From: Octopus vulgaris
Taxonomy: Eukaryota
DNA length: 64,000 nt
Direction of reading: 5' to 3'
Assembly: GCA_951406725.2 (NCBI GenBank)
Contig: OX597827.1
Span: 58,156,001-58,220,000, forward strand
Notes under the pieces: model-generated
Databases searched by the model: none
What the model was told of the DNA's origin: nothing
Seen by the model: only the letters and a program-made list of their open reading frames with translations
Part shown: in pieces, positions 1-11,634 of the stretch
How the letters are laid out: every line of letters begins with the position of its first letter
Numbering within the stretch: the stretch's first letter is position 1
Translations under genes and position numbers: made by a program

Positions 1-177
1 ATGAATGCTAATAAAATTTTGGTTTAATAAATAAAATCTTGTGTGTCATAACCAGATGTTATTTATTAGGCTTTTCTATGTGGGTTAAAAGTACATGAAC
101 ATAATTTGATATGCACATGTAATAGATGAATGAGTCGTTTTATGTTAATTCCAGATTGGTTCCTGCTTTTACATGGT

Positions 178-420
178 TTGTGTTTGTGTATTTGAGTGTG
201 TATGTGTGTGTGGGTGTGTAAATCTTCATTAATAACACATCCTAGAATTATAGAATCACAATCAGTTGTGTTTGCACATGTGTGTGTGTTTGTGTGTGCA
301 TACACATCTGTCTGTGTGTGTGTGTTTGCGCATGTATGTGTATGTGTTAGTGCATGCATATGTGTGTGTGTTTGTGCATGCATGCATGTGTGTGTTTGTG
401 CATGCACATGTGTGTCTTCC
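178..420. repeat. Degenerate (TG)n/(TGCA) microsatellite
   Basis: Continuous tgtgtg/tgcatg repeats; explains the His/Thr and Val/Cys ORFs at 66-488. Confidence 0.95.
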
Positions 421-711
421 CAGTAGTATTTTTTCAAGCTGTTGCAAAAGATAGATTTGTTGTCTAAAAACTGTTCAGTATGATCCATTTTCTTTCATCA
501 TGTGAGTACCATATCTAAACGCTTCCCAGTGACCATGGAAATAAAGCCATATGCATTTCTTTCAGAGATTTTGTATGTGTGCTTTTAGAAGATACATCCA
601 GAGGTAGCTGCTATTGGTTTATGCTGTAAATCTAGTCAGAACTGACCAGTGCTACATAACTTGCACACAAAGATTGAAAGCTTTAACTAAAACTGCCCTA
701 TTGTTGATTTA

Positions 712-1100
712 TGGTTTCAAATTTGGGCATAAGATAAAACAATTTTAGTAGAGTGGTTAAGTAAATTACATCTACCTCAGTTCCCAGCATTTAATTGATA
801 CTCATTTTACCAACCCCAAAAAGACGAAAAGCATGGCAGAATTTGAACTCCCATGCAAAGAGCTGGAAGAAGTGCTGCTAAGCATTTTATCATTCCTGCT
901 AACAATTCTGTCAGCTTGTCATCTTTACATAGTAATTGTGATTTTGCCACAAGACCAGTTATTTTAGGGGTAGTGAGTTAGTTGATTCCATTCATCCCAA
1001 TATTTGACTAGTACTTTAATTTATCAACTCTAAAAAGATGAAAAGCAAAGCCAACCTCATTGGGGCTTGAACTTAGAACATAAAGTGTGGGAAGAAATGT
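712..1100 (-). mobile_element. Two tandem degenerate copies of tRNA-derived SINE family B
   Basis: Reverse-complement matches to the young copy at 47400 (gaatttgaactc, aagatgaaaagcaaag, ctaagcatttt, gctaacaattctg). Confidence 0.75.
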
Positions 1101-2467
1101 TGGTGCCATGCTTGGCATGTGATCTAAAATTTAAAGGAAGATTACTTTTGGTTACTTTTTAGTTTACTTTGTGTGAGTGCTACTTTCAGTGTTATCTACG
1201 TGAGCAAATTTATTTTGGTGGGTGATCTATGCGCTTATTTTAAGTATTATATGGCTTTCTTATTATTAAAATAGTAAGAATTTTGAAAAGATACATTTCC
1301 AACACTAATATGTACAAAATAATTTAAAAAGTAACCTAAAGTTATCTCCCTTGTAGATCCCATGCCAAAGTAGCACTGAAATGTCACTAAGCGTTTTGTT
1401 CAACGTGCATTCATCAATTCCCCCTCTTACTAATTTATAAAACTAAAAGTTATCTGTGGTTTGTTTACTCAGCTTAATCAAAGGTGTCCTAGATGGTGAA
1501 ATCAGGTTTGTTGGATGGACATATGTCATATACCTTATGATACATACATTTAGTTTGAATGATAGGATATCTGTAAAGGAGACTGAGAGACAAAGCTGGT
1601 CACATTGCCAGCGATTGGAAGGAAATACTTTGCATACGATTATAAAGCATACAAACTTGCTAAATGTAGAGCACAGTAGATGGGAGAACTGGACATAAAT
1701 TACCCAAAATATCTATTCCTGACTTAAGCTTGGTGTATTGGAGTTGACAGTAAGCTTGGAATGATTATAAGCTTGAAAGATGTAAATACAAAGCAACAAC
1801 AGTTCAATTCACAGTCCTTCATTATATACTTGTTGTTGCCTTGGTATGAACTTTCTTCGTAGAATAGGTCTGTTTAGCCACTCAACTAATTCAATGTGGC
1901 CACTCAACAAGAGAAATGGGTAATAGAAACTCCTTATATTTGTTAGGTAATTTCAAAGTAGCTGTTTATAGTTCCTTGTTCAGGGGCATGACATTGCTGT
2001 TTACAATAGGAATTGAACTATTGACTGTGAGATCACTTGATATCTTCACCTCAAGGTCATTCTACATCTGTGCATGTGTGTGCACACTCATATGCAGATT
2101 TATGTAACATGGTGCATGCACGGCTGTGTGGTTAAAAAGTTCATTTCTCAGTCACATGATTCTGGGTTCTGCAAACCACCATCTGTCATGTGCATGTATT
2201 GTTTTCTATCAGGTTAACCAGAATGAAATTGAACTGCATGTAAGTGCATCATGTGTGTGTGTGTGTGTGTGTGGTTTGATGTGGATAACAAAAGAATTGA
2301 TACATTGAATGAAAATAGGCATGACTGTGTGGTAAGAAGTTTGCTTCCTACCACATGGTCCTGGCTTTAGTCCCACCATGTGGCACCTTAGGCAAGTGTC
2401 TTCTACTATAACCTTGAGCTAACCAAAGTCGTGTGAGTGGACTTGCTAGATGGAAACTGAAAGAAAC

Positions 2468-2547
<80 letters not shown>

Positions 2548-2550
2548 TAT

Positions 2551-3161
2551 AACAATTTAGGAATGGCCTTAACAGGCCATTCGTCCACTAGACAGAGCAG
2601 CCATAACTCTAACCGCAAAGTAATATAATTCGGAAATAGGTGAAAAATTAAAAACGTTTACCCTAATTCATCTTTTAGACGATGCATCGTTTCTGCTTTT
2701 AATGATAGACCAGCTTAATTAAATTAAATTAAGCTAATCTACCATAGGTCACGCTTCGTCAGTAAAGAAACCTTTGGTGGAGGCAAATATACACGAGGCT
2801 AACGCATCGAAGCCTCTGGAATATCTGTCTTAAATTTTCGAAGACCCGCGCAATCGCGCCAATCTTATCAGCGGCAAATATAAACTGCCGAATCAATCTC
2901 AGAATTAGTCAGAAAATAATCAATTAATCAATTTAGGGTAGTAAAAAAATTCGATAGAAATTTATCACTACCAGCGGCCCAGTGGAAAAGAAAAATAGTC
3001 ATGAGACTAAAATGTAAATATATAACAATTTAGGAATGGCCTTAACAGGCCATTCGTCCACTAGACAGAGCAGCCATAACTCTAACCGCAAAGTAATATA
3101 ATTCGGAAATAGGTGAAAAATTAAAAACTTTAAAAAATTAAAAACGTTTACCCTAATTCAT
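2551..3161 (-). mobile_element. Hammerhead-ribozyme-containing non-autonomous retroelement (retrozyme / Penelope-type pseudo-LTR structure)
   Basis: Direct repeats at 2551-2671 and 3024-3161 (identical apart from a short internal duplication), period 473 bp, flanked by (TA)n, CpG-rich, no ORF, hammerhead core inside. Confidence 0.75.
2671..2768 (-). ncRNA. Type I hammerhead ribozyme
   Basis: Minus strand reads UCUUUA-CUGACGA-AGC...long stem II hairpin...GCA-GAAAC-GAUGCAUC-GUC|UAAAAGA: conserved core, palindromic stem III (ACGAUGCAUCGU), GUC triplet at 2680-2678, short stem I. Confidence 0.7.
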
Positions 3162-3809
3162 ATATATATATATATATATATACATTTTTCTGTATATATC
3201 TGTGTGTGTTTGTCCCCAGCCACCACTTGACAAATAGTGTTGGTTTGTTTACATCCCCATAACTTAGCTGTTCAGCAGAAGACTCTAACAGAATAAGTAC
3301 CAGGCTTAAAACTCTTCAATGTAGTGCCCCAGCATGGCTGCAGTTTAACGACTGAAGCGAGTAAAAGATAAAAGCAAAAGATATGATATTTCAGTTTTAT
3401 GTTGCTTGTTGTCTTTACATTTCATCCTCCTTTTCACATTGATAAAACAAGAGCCAGATACTAATGCTGAGTCGATATAATTGGTTACAAACTCTTGAAA
3501 TGTTACTCCAGCTTGGCCACGGTCCAATAACTGAAACCAATAACAGAATAAGAGATGCAGACATAGACATGCTCACCTCACATATGTTCCAATATACATA
3601 CTCACACACAAAGAAAGAAAAATGGATATCTAATTATAGCAATGCATTAAATTAATAATTCCAAATTACAAAATTATCTTATTGAATTATTTGTTGTTAT
3701 TTTGTAGCACTGTTCTCCACATAATTCTTATATAAGTGGGAGAGAGCCTCTGTATGGTTGGTCTGCATGCTAGAAATAGTAGTCTAATCTCCCTCAAATT
3801 TCATGTTGC

Positions 3810-4060
3810 TCATCATCATCATCATCAGCATCAGCATCATCGTTTAACATCCAGTTTCCATGCTGGCATGGGTTGGACAGTTTGACATGGAGCTGGCTAA
3901 CAGGGGAGTTGTCCCAACCTCAGCTGCCTATTTCTACAGCTGGATGCCTTTCCTAATGCCAACCACTGAACAGAGTGTGCTGGGTGTGTTAATGCATCAC
4001 TGGCTTGGGTGCTTCTTAGGTGGCACTGGCATGGGTGCTTTTTAAGTGGCACCGGTACCT
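3810..4060 (-). mobile_element. SINE family C ((GAT)n tail)
   Basis: (cat)n-cgtttaacatccagtttccatgctggcatgggttggac...ctggatgcctttcctaatgccaaccac, shared with 6321, 9551, 13265, 17480 and 40275. Confidence 0.85.
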
Positions 4061-4084
4061 GAAAGGAAATTTTTTTTCTTTTAT

Positions 4085-4485
4085 TTTCTTTTACTTGTTT
4101 CAGTCATTTGACTGTAGCCATGCTAGAGCACCACCTTTAGTCGAGCAAATCGACCCTAGGACTTATTCTTTGTAAGCCCAGTACTTATTCTATCGGCCTC
4201 TTTTGCCGAACCGCTAAGTTACGGGGACGTAAACACACCAGCATCAGTTGTCAAGCGATGTTGGGGGACAAACACAGTTATACAAACACACACACACACA
4301 TATATATATATACATATATACGACAGGCTTCTTTCAGTTTCCGTCTATCAAATCCACTCACAAGGCTTTGGTCGGCCCGACACCAAAGTAGAAGACACTT
4401 GCCCAAGGTGTCACGCAGTGGGACTGAACCCGGAACCATGCGGTTGGTGAGCAAGCTACTTACCACAGAGCCACTCCTGCGCCTG
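4085..4485 (-). mobile_element. SINE family A, full length, young
   Basis: Near-identical to 11015-11410, 16244-16650 and 40904-41270; CpGs largely retained. Confidence 0.95.
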
Positions 4486-4911
4486 TAGCCACTGTACGTG
4501 TGGAAGACATGGAGATGATACACTGAATAGGAACCAGGCTTAAAACTCTTCAGTGTGGTGTTCCAGCATGGCTGCAGTTTAATGACTGAAATGAGTAAAA
4601 GATAAAAGTAAAAGATATGATATTTCAGTTTATGTTGCTTGTTGTCATTGCATCCATAACTGAACCACTTTTGATCATAGGGATGACCTGGGGTTAAATA
4701 GCAAAATCACATCTTTGGAGATTATTTCACAAATAACTAAGGTTGGTTTACTTCTTTATCTTTAGAGGAATATATGGAATTAATTCTTTGAAAATTATCT
4801 TTTTTACTTTCTTTTTATGGCTTTTAAACATCTTCCATGCTGCAATTGTTTTCATTCCAGCACATGATCTAAGATCAGGTCACTTTCTATGCAAGTACAT
4901 CTCTGTAGTTT

Positions 4912-5298
4912 CTTTTTATTCTTTTACTTGTTTCAGTCATTGGATTGTGACCATGCTGGGGCACTGCTTTGACAGGGGTTTGTTAGTCAAATGAATTGAC
5001 CGCAGTACTTATTTTTTTAAGATCCCATACTTATTCTATCAGCCTTTTTTGCCAAAATGCTAAAGTTATGGGAATGTAAACTAGTTATGAAGTAGTGATG
5101 GTGGACAAACATAAATACACACACACATGCACACACACACACACACACACACTTATACACGTGATAAGCTTCCACACATTTTCTACATGCTAAATCCACT
5201 CACAAGACCAGCGACACTTACCCGAGGTGCTATATACAGTGAGACTGAAGCCATGTGCTTGGGAAGCAAAACTTCTTACCATACAACTATACCTGCAC
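4912..5298 (-). mobile_element. SINE family A, older copy
   Basis: Same head and tail motifs with more substitutions. Confidence 0.85.
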
Positions 5299-6320
5299 CT
5301 AAATAATAAAATTCGTCTTTGGAAATTAATTCACAAATACAAAATTTCAATTAACTTTTTTCCTTTTTCTTTTTTTCTTTTTTTCTGTTATTTTGTAAGA
5401 ATATGTAAAATTAATTCTTCGAAAAAAATCATCTTTATCACTTTGGTATTTTTTTCATTCTTTTTTTATTTTTTTCATTCATTCTAACAATAAATAAGAT
5501 GATTCATTGGTAGGAATCTGTATCTATCTGACCTTATAATTTATTTAATAATAAGCTGAATTAGCTCTATGATTTCCTTTTGGTTAACATTTTGCCTTTT
5601 CAGATCAAAAGGTACCTTGACTGCACATTGCAAACACTAATCATCTCTACATTCTGGTAACTGGAGGAGAAAGAAAAAAAAAGAGAGGGCTTTGCTAAAT
5701 ATATATATATATATATAAAAATAAATAGATTAGATGGATCCATTGCAAGATAAACTAATCAGTGAGAATTCAAGAAATGCAAGGATATTCATTTTTGAGA
5801 GGACTTTAATGGAGTTTCCCAGAGATTAGAAAATTCAGTTGTATAGGAAACATGCAAAAACTATTAACAGCAGGGAGTGGTAATCAATGCTGGTAGGCAA
5901 GCATATTGTAGTGACATATATTGTCATGACAGGAAGAACCTTCTGAAGTTTCTATCTATATTGTTAATAAAAGTCTCTTTTTGGCTTTCATGTGTATGAA
6001 AGCTTTGAGCTGCATGGTATTGAAATAGGAGCAATAAGAGTTGGGTACCTGTTAGGTATGGAGAGAGAGAGAGAGAGAGAAAGGTTAAGTTAATATGATT
6101 AACTCTGACTGGAAGGTGGCAAAATGCTGTCTATAATGGAGTGGGAAATGGAGTTAAAAAGAGAGAAAAGATTCTTCTATGGCAGTATGGATATCCGATG
6201 TGCTCAAATGAGCAAACACATATTATGATGAGTACCGGTGGTAACAAGATGGATAGGCAAGTTTCATAATCTCAAATGTAGCAGCATTTTTTCTTCTTTT
6301 TTTTTTTTTTTTACTTCTAC

Positions 6321-6835
6321 TTCATCATCATCATCGTCGTTTAACGTCTGTTTTCCATGCTAGCATGGGTTGGACGGTTCGACCGGGATCTGGGAAGCCA
6401 GGAGGCTACACCAGGCTCCAGTCTGATCTGGCAGTGTTTCTACAGCTGGATGCCCTTCCTAATGCCAACCACTCCGTGAGTGTAGTTTCAGTTATTTGGC
6501 TGTGGCCATGCTGGGGCACCACCTTGGAGAATTTTCAGTCAAATGAATCAACTCCGGTACTTATTTTCCCTTAAGCTTGGTACTTAGTCTATTGGTCTCT
6601 TTTTGTAGAAATGCTAGTTTATGGGGATGTAAACACATCAACACCTGTTGTTAAGCAACGGTGGAGGACAAACACTCACACACACACACACATATATATA
6701 ATGGGCTTCTTTCAGTTTCCATCTATCAAATCAACTCACAAGGTTTTAGTTGGCCCGAAGATATAGTAGAAGACACTTACCCAAGGTGCCACGCAGAAAG
6801 ATCCAACCCGGAACACTCTGATTCGGAAGTAAGCT
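6321..6835 (-). mobile_element. SINE family C tail (6321-6485) abutting SINE family A (6485-6835)
   Basis: (cat)n cgtttaacgtc...gccaaccactccgtgagtgta, then gtttcagttatttggctgtggccatgctggggcacc...ccaaggtgccacgcag. Confidence 0.85.
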
Positions 6836-7049
6836 TCTGGTCTAATTTTTCTTCTCCAGGAATGCAAGGGGAACCAGAAGGGAAGGGAAAAAAAAAAGAT
6901 AATTTTTTTTTTTTTTTGTAACAAATATCATCTGTTGAGTAATCCTGATATAGCCATTTGTCACTTGGGATTTATTTTGAGGGATTTTACACTTGCTTCC
7001 AATTCTCGTTAAAAAAATATCAAAATCCCTGTGTGTGTGCGCGTGCACA

Positions 7050-8400
7050 TGTGTGTGTGTGTGAAAGATGCTGGCTTTTGATGTTTTGGTTGATCTTTTA
7101 AATGCTCTAGGAAAGTTTTTCTCGTGATGGGAGGTATCATGTTTTTCTCGTTTCTAAGTTTTTATATTTACTTCAAGATTTTATTTATTTATTTATTTAT
7201 TTGCTTGTTTGTTTAATTTTGGCCCGGTGTCGGCACCCCCGCCACCACCACCCACCCCACCTCCCTTGAAAAATATCTAAATAATATCGAAGAAGTCTTC
7301 TCATGTATGTATGGTAAATGTCAAATAATTTATGGTGCTCGTTTGGAATTGGCTCTTCATTTAAAAACAAAAATATAAGCCATTCAGCGGGTATGTACGA
7401 GGGGTGGAGGCCTTTATTTTATTTTATTTATTTTATTTTTTTTCTCTCTCTCACTCTCTCTCAACACCTATCTTATTTCACTGCGGCTTTGAATTTGTTC
7501 ATGCACATATCAACAAACTAGTTTCAGAAAATGTTAATTTATTTAATCTTTCTCTCTCCCCACCCACTTCTACTTGCACACTGACAACCATCTGCTATTC
7601 CTGCTTTCAATTATTTTAGCAACAGTTAAGTATTTAGTTGTTGGCAGGGTTACTATTGTGCAATATTTGCTGATATTAGTCATAGTCAAGAGTCTTAAGT
7701 AAACTCACACTGTAGACACTTAAAAGAGCCACAGCAGGGCACTTTTTACTGGCCTAATTGTTTGACAGATATAGGGCACTCTTACAAAAAGGATTAATAC
7801 TTTGAATAGAGCAGGTATGTAAGTGCATAGGTCATATGAAGGACAACGGCTGTTTGCTTTTTTTTTTATATATATATAATCTTTTTCTTATTATTTTATT
7901 TTGCTTGGTGTGATTATTTCAGGTAAGTGGTTTCATTAGTTTTTTTTTGTTTTTTTTTTGTTCCTCCCCTCTATTTTCAAACTTAACCACAACGTTCTCC
8001 TAAAACGTTATAATTATTTTCGCTTTTGGTTTTATGATTTTGTTACTATTTAGGCCTTGGGGGTATTTTACTTTTTGTCTGAAAACCTCATTCTTTTCAG
8101 CGTTTTCATGTACATTTCAATAGCGTATAGATGTATGTGCATGTGTATGTGTGTGTATGCGTGTGTGTGTGTTTAAAAATATATTTTGCTACTAATTTCA
8201 CTTTTTTTTTAATATGGATTTGGGCTAGACTGGATAATTTCACCGAACCCTGAGGCTCTATTGATAATAGAATTGAGTATTTTTATTCAGGCACTGTGCT
8301 TGAAGAGACAGACTCATAACCGCTTAAGTTCCATTGACTGCTGAATGCAGACAAAACAACCAAGTGAGTCTATTCCCCTTGTACAGATTTGACTGAAAGG
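7050..8400 (+). promoter_or_regulatory. Candidate internal promoter / non-coding 5' exons
   Basis: Apparently TE-free stretch with local CpG retention (7221-7400); consensus donor CAG|GTAAGT at 7922/7923; acceptor ttttattcag| at 8290 and donor CAA|GTGAGT at 8363/8364. Confidence 0.3.
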
Positions 8401-9120
8401 AGAAGCAGTGCTGGGGAATTGGAGGGGAATCGCTGATATATTTGGACTGCTAATTTGATTAGTTGTATAATGTACTTAATAGCTAACTGCTTAGTGGAAC
8501 ACTTTCTTATAGAAGTATATCTGCTAAATATTAAAATTATCAACAGTAAGCATTGCTTGGCTTCACTTCCAACTTTACATTTGTATTTAATTATTCTGTT
8601 TGATGTTCTGATTTTTTTTTTCCTTTACTGTTTTTTCTTTTCTTTTATTTTTCCCCTCTTTCATCCAATCTTCAAGATTTTCCTCCCCACCTCTCTCTCT
8701 AAATGTCTAAGTTGTATTTTGTAAGGAGAGTCTAGCTTTTGAAATTTGTGGCTGTATTAGCAATAGAGTTTGTACATATCTTGAAATACAAGCTGATAAA
8801 CCAAGCCTCAAGGCTAAGGCCAATATATGAATTGCATAAAGGAACTAAGCTTAAGAAAGAAATGAGATGTTTTTCTCTTTAAAGAATTTTTTTTTAATGA
8901 TATAAATATTTATTTACCCTTGTTTCTTTCAAGGAATAATTTTTTTTTTTAATTAAATTAGTGCTACAAACAGCATTGGCTGACATAGAGAAGGATGTTG
9001 AAACATTGAACAACAAACGATTAACAACATTTTTGAGTTCAATGTTAAATCGAAGAAAGATGTTTAAGTTAAAGATATGGTTCATCTTGATTTTTTAGTG
9101 ATTATGGTGATTGAAATTCT

Positions 9121-9478
9121 TATCTTTTACTGGTTTCAGCCAAAGGCTGGGGCCATGCTGGAGCACCGTCATTCAGTGTGTTTGAGTTTCCTTTCTGTAC
9201 TGTTTTGACAAAGAAGTGAGTCGGATAGAGTCACTCTTCTTTGTGCCTCCTGCCGTAATGTGGGTTCGGCTGGGATTTCAGATAGAAATTTGTCCTGGGG
9301 TTTTTTGAAGGTCTCCACATCCACACCATGCAAATCTCTGAGTTTGCTTGGCAGGATGTTAAACAGTTGTGGTTCTCTGAAACCCAAGTTGTTGCAGTAC
9401 TGGGTTCTTATTCAAAATAGCAAAGATCTCATCTTTGGTATTATTATGCGGTATCGTCCAGTTCAGTGGTTGGTGTAA
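9121..9478 (-). mobile_element. 5'-truncated CR1-group LINE 3' end
   Basis: ORF 9169-9387 GFREPQLFNILPSKLRDLHGVDVETFKKPQDKFLSEIPAEP resembles a CR1/L2-group ORF2 C-terminus; followed by a 3' UTR tail shared with SINE A. Confidence 0.8.
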
Positions 9479-9550
9479 AGCATTTTATATATATATATAT
9501 ATATAGACACTTTGCTCTGCAGTAATCTATTGATTTCTTAGAAAGTACAT

Positions 9551-9800
9551 TCATCATCATCATCATTTAACGTCCCTTTTTCCATGCTGGCATGAGTTGG
9601 ATGGCTTCACATGAACTGATAATCCAGAAGGCTGCACTGAGTCCCCCCACCCAATGTTTGCTTTGGCATCATTTGTCTAGCTGGATGCCCTTGCTAATGC
9701 CAATCATTTCACAGAGTACAGTGAGTGCATTTTTCATGGCCCCACCACTGGTGAGGTCACCAAGTACTTGCAAGACAAGATCCTTCAACTCAGTTGGGGA
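9551..9800 (-). mobile_element. SINE family C
   Basis: (cat)n ttaacgtcc...tccatgctggcatg...ctggatgccctt.ctaatgcca. Confidence 0.8.
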
Positions 9801-11014
9801 TGGTACCAAGAGATAAAAAAAGTATGATAGAGGGACAGGCTCAGGAGTCTTGCTGAAGAAGCAAATTCGTGACTTCTCCATCTCTTCCTGCTTTCATCAT
9901 CTCCTTTAAATTCCAACCCTTACTTTTTTTTAAATAGCTTTCTGCATTTTGAATATTTTCATTCGTGTATTATTACAAATATAAAATAATGAATATAAAG
10001 TGGGCATGTAAAAATCACTTAGTTTGCTGTTAAATACATTTCACTGTGCAATTTAAATGTTGTAGATTCTATTTGGTAGTTTTACTCATTATTTCTTATG
10101 AATCACCTAGTTTTAAATTTAAGCTCAGTTGTTTTGATATTTTTGTACAATGATTTTTTTTTCCTCTCTCAGATAATTTTCTATGATCACTGATTTATTC
10201 AAAACCTTAAGATTTTTAGATTCATTCAAGGATTTTGTTTGACTTTTTTTTTTTTTTTAATTACCTTTTTGAGATAGTTCAGTTTAAAGATGAGATGTTT
10301 CTGAACATGGATGTTTCCTTCTAGATTTTCGATTTCAGTGCAGCTTTTATAATATTTGGCGTAGCCACTTTACCATATATGGAATTTACAGGCTCTTAAG
10401 TTTTGAACATCAAACATTTTAGCTCACAAAGTATAATAAATTAAAGACTTTACATCAAATAGAAAATCATAGTCACTTATTTTCTTCGTGTGCATGTGTG
10501 TGTGTTGTTTATTTACGTGAAATGCAAATTCTTTAGCAGTGATGCTTTACTTCCTTCATGCAACAATGCAATTGAAGATTGGCTTGTTGATCTTAACTAG
10601 TTATCTTTGAAGTCTTCTGCTGCTTTGGTTCATGACTTTATTTTGTTTTCATTCTAGATTCCAAGTTTATATACATAGCAGATAATGGATGCTATAAAGC
10701 CTGTAATTGATCTAAGTCAATAGAATCTAAGCCATCTTTGTTCAGTCTCTCATTGATTCTGCTGAATTTGCTTCAGAGCATTGAACTTCTCGCTGTATGC
10801 TTCATTTTGTATAGTCTTATTTTCTCTCTTGACCCAAATCCATTTATTTGAGATATATCGAAGTGTTTGTTGTGTTTTCACAGTTTTAATGCATTGGAGG
10901 CAGAGGAAGTGGTAGAAACTGCAGTGCTGGAACTGAAATGGTTTATAGCATTTAGTTGTATTCCTCTACACTCATAGTTCAAATCCTGTAATTGCTGATT
11001 AAACCTTTTGGCTT

Positions 11015-11410
11015 TTCTTTTACTCTCTTTTACTTGTTTCAGTCATTTGACTGTGGCCATGCTGGAGCACCGCCTTTAGTCGAGCAAATCGACCCCAGGA
11101 CTTATTCTTTGTAAGCCTAGTACTTATTGTATCGGTCTCTTTTGCCGAACCGCTAAGTTACGGGGACGTAAACACACCAGCATCAGTTGTCAAGCGATGT
11201 TTGGGGGGGGGGACACAGACACATAAGCATATACACACACACATACATACATATATACGACGGGCTTCTTTCAGTTTCCGTCTACTAAATCCATTCACAA
11301 GGCTTTGGTCGGCCCGAGGCTATAGTAGAAGACACTTGCCCAAGGTGCCACACCATGGGACTGAACCTGGAACCATGCGGTTGGTAAGCAAGTTACTTAC
11401 CACACAGCCA
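11015..11410 (-). mobile_element. SINE family A, full length, young
   Basis: Near-consensus copy with CpGs retained. Confidence 0.95.
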
Positions 11411-11634
11411 AACAAGCTCTGAGTTGTTTCAGCTGGCTATATCTCCTTGCATAATAGTTTCTCAATATCTTCAATATCTGAATAGTTGCTTCACAACAAG
11501 TTCTTTTTTTTCTTCTAATTTATTTTTTAAACTAATTTTTCTACATTTGTGTCTATTCTTCAAATTTCTACTGCATAATTAAGCTATTGGCTAATTGATT
11601 TATTGTTAAGCTGAGATTATCTAAAGAATACGTA

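Larger units (their letters stand above)
2318..3385 (+). mobile_element. SINE family A (tRNA head, CORE-like block, central (TA)n, LINE-like tail), split by the insertion at 2551-3161
   Basis: A box tgactgtgtggta; gtggcaccttaggcaagtgtcttctactata; resumes after 3180 with gtttgtccccc...ccagcatggctgcag...gactgaa..gtaaaaga. Confidence 0.9.

Noticed and set aside
66-488. 140-aa His/Thr-rich ORF and overlapping Val/Cys ORFs
   Set aside because: Translations of a (TG)n microsatellite
2551-3161. Interpretation as an LTR retrotransposon or TRIM
   Set aside because: Repeats lack TG...CA ends, and no PBS, PPT or 4-6-bp TSD was seen; the tandem 1.25-mer with a hammerhead fits a PLE or retrozyme better
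5590-5620. Acceptor-like ttttgccttttcag followed by ag|gtacct (possible micro-exon)
   Set aside because: Weak donor, only 8 nt, and no protein similarity to support it
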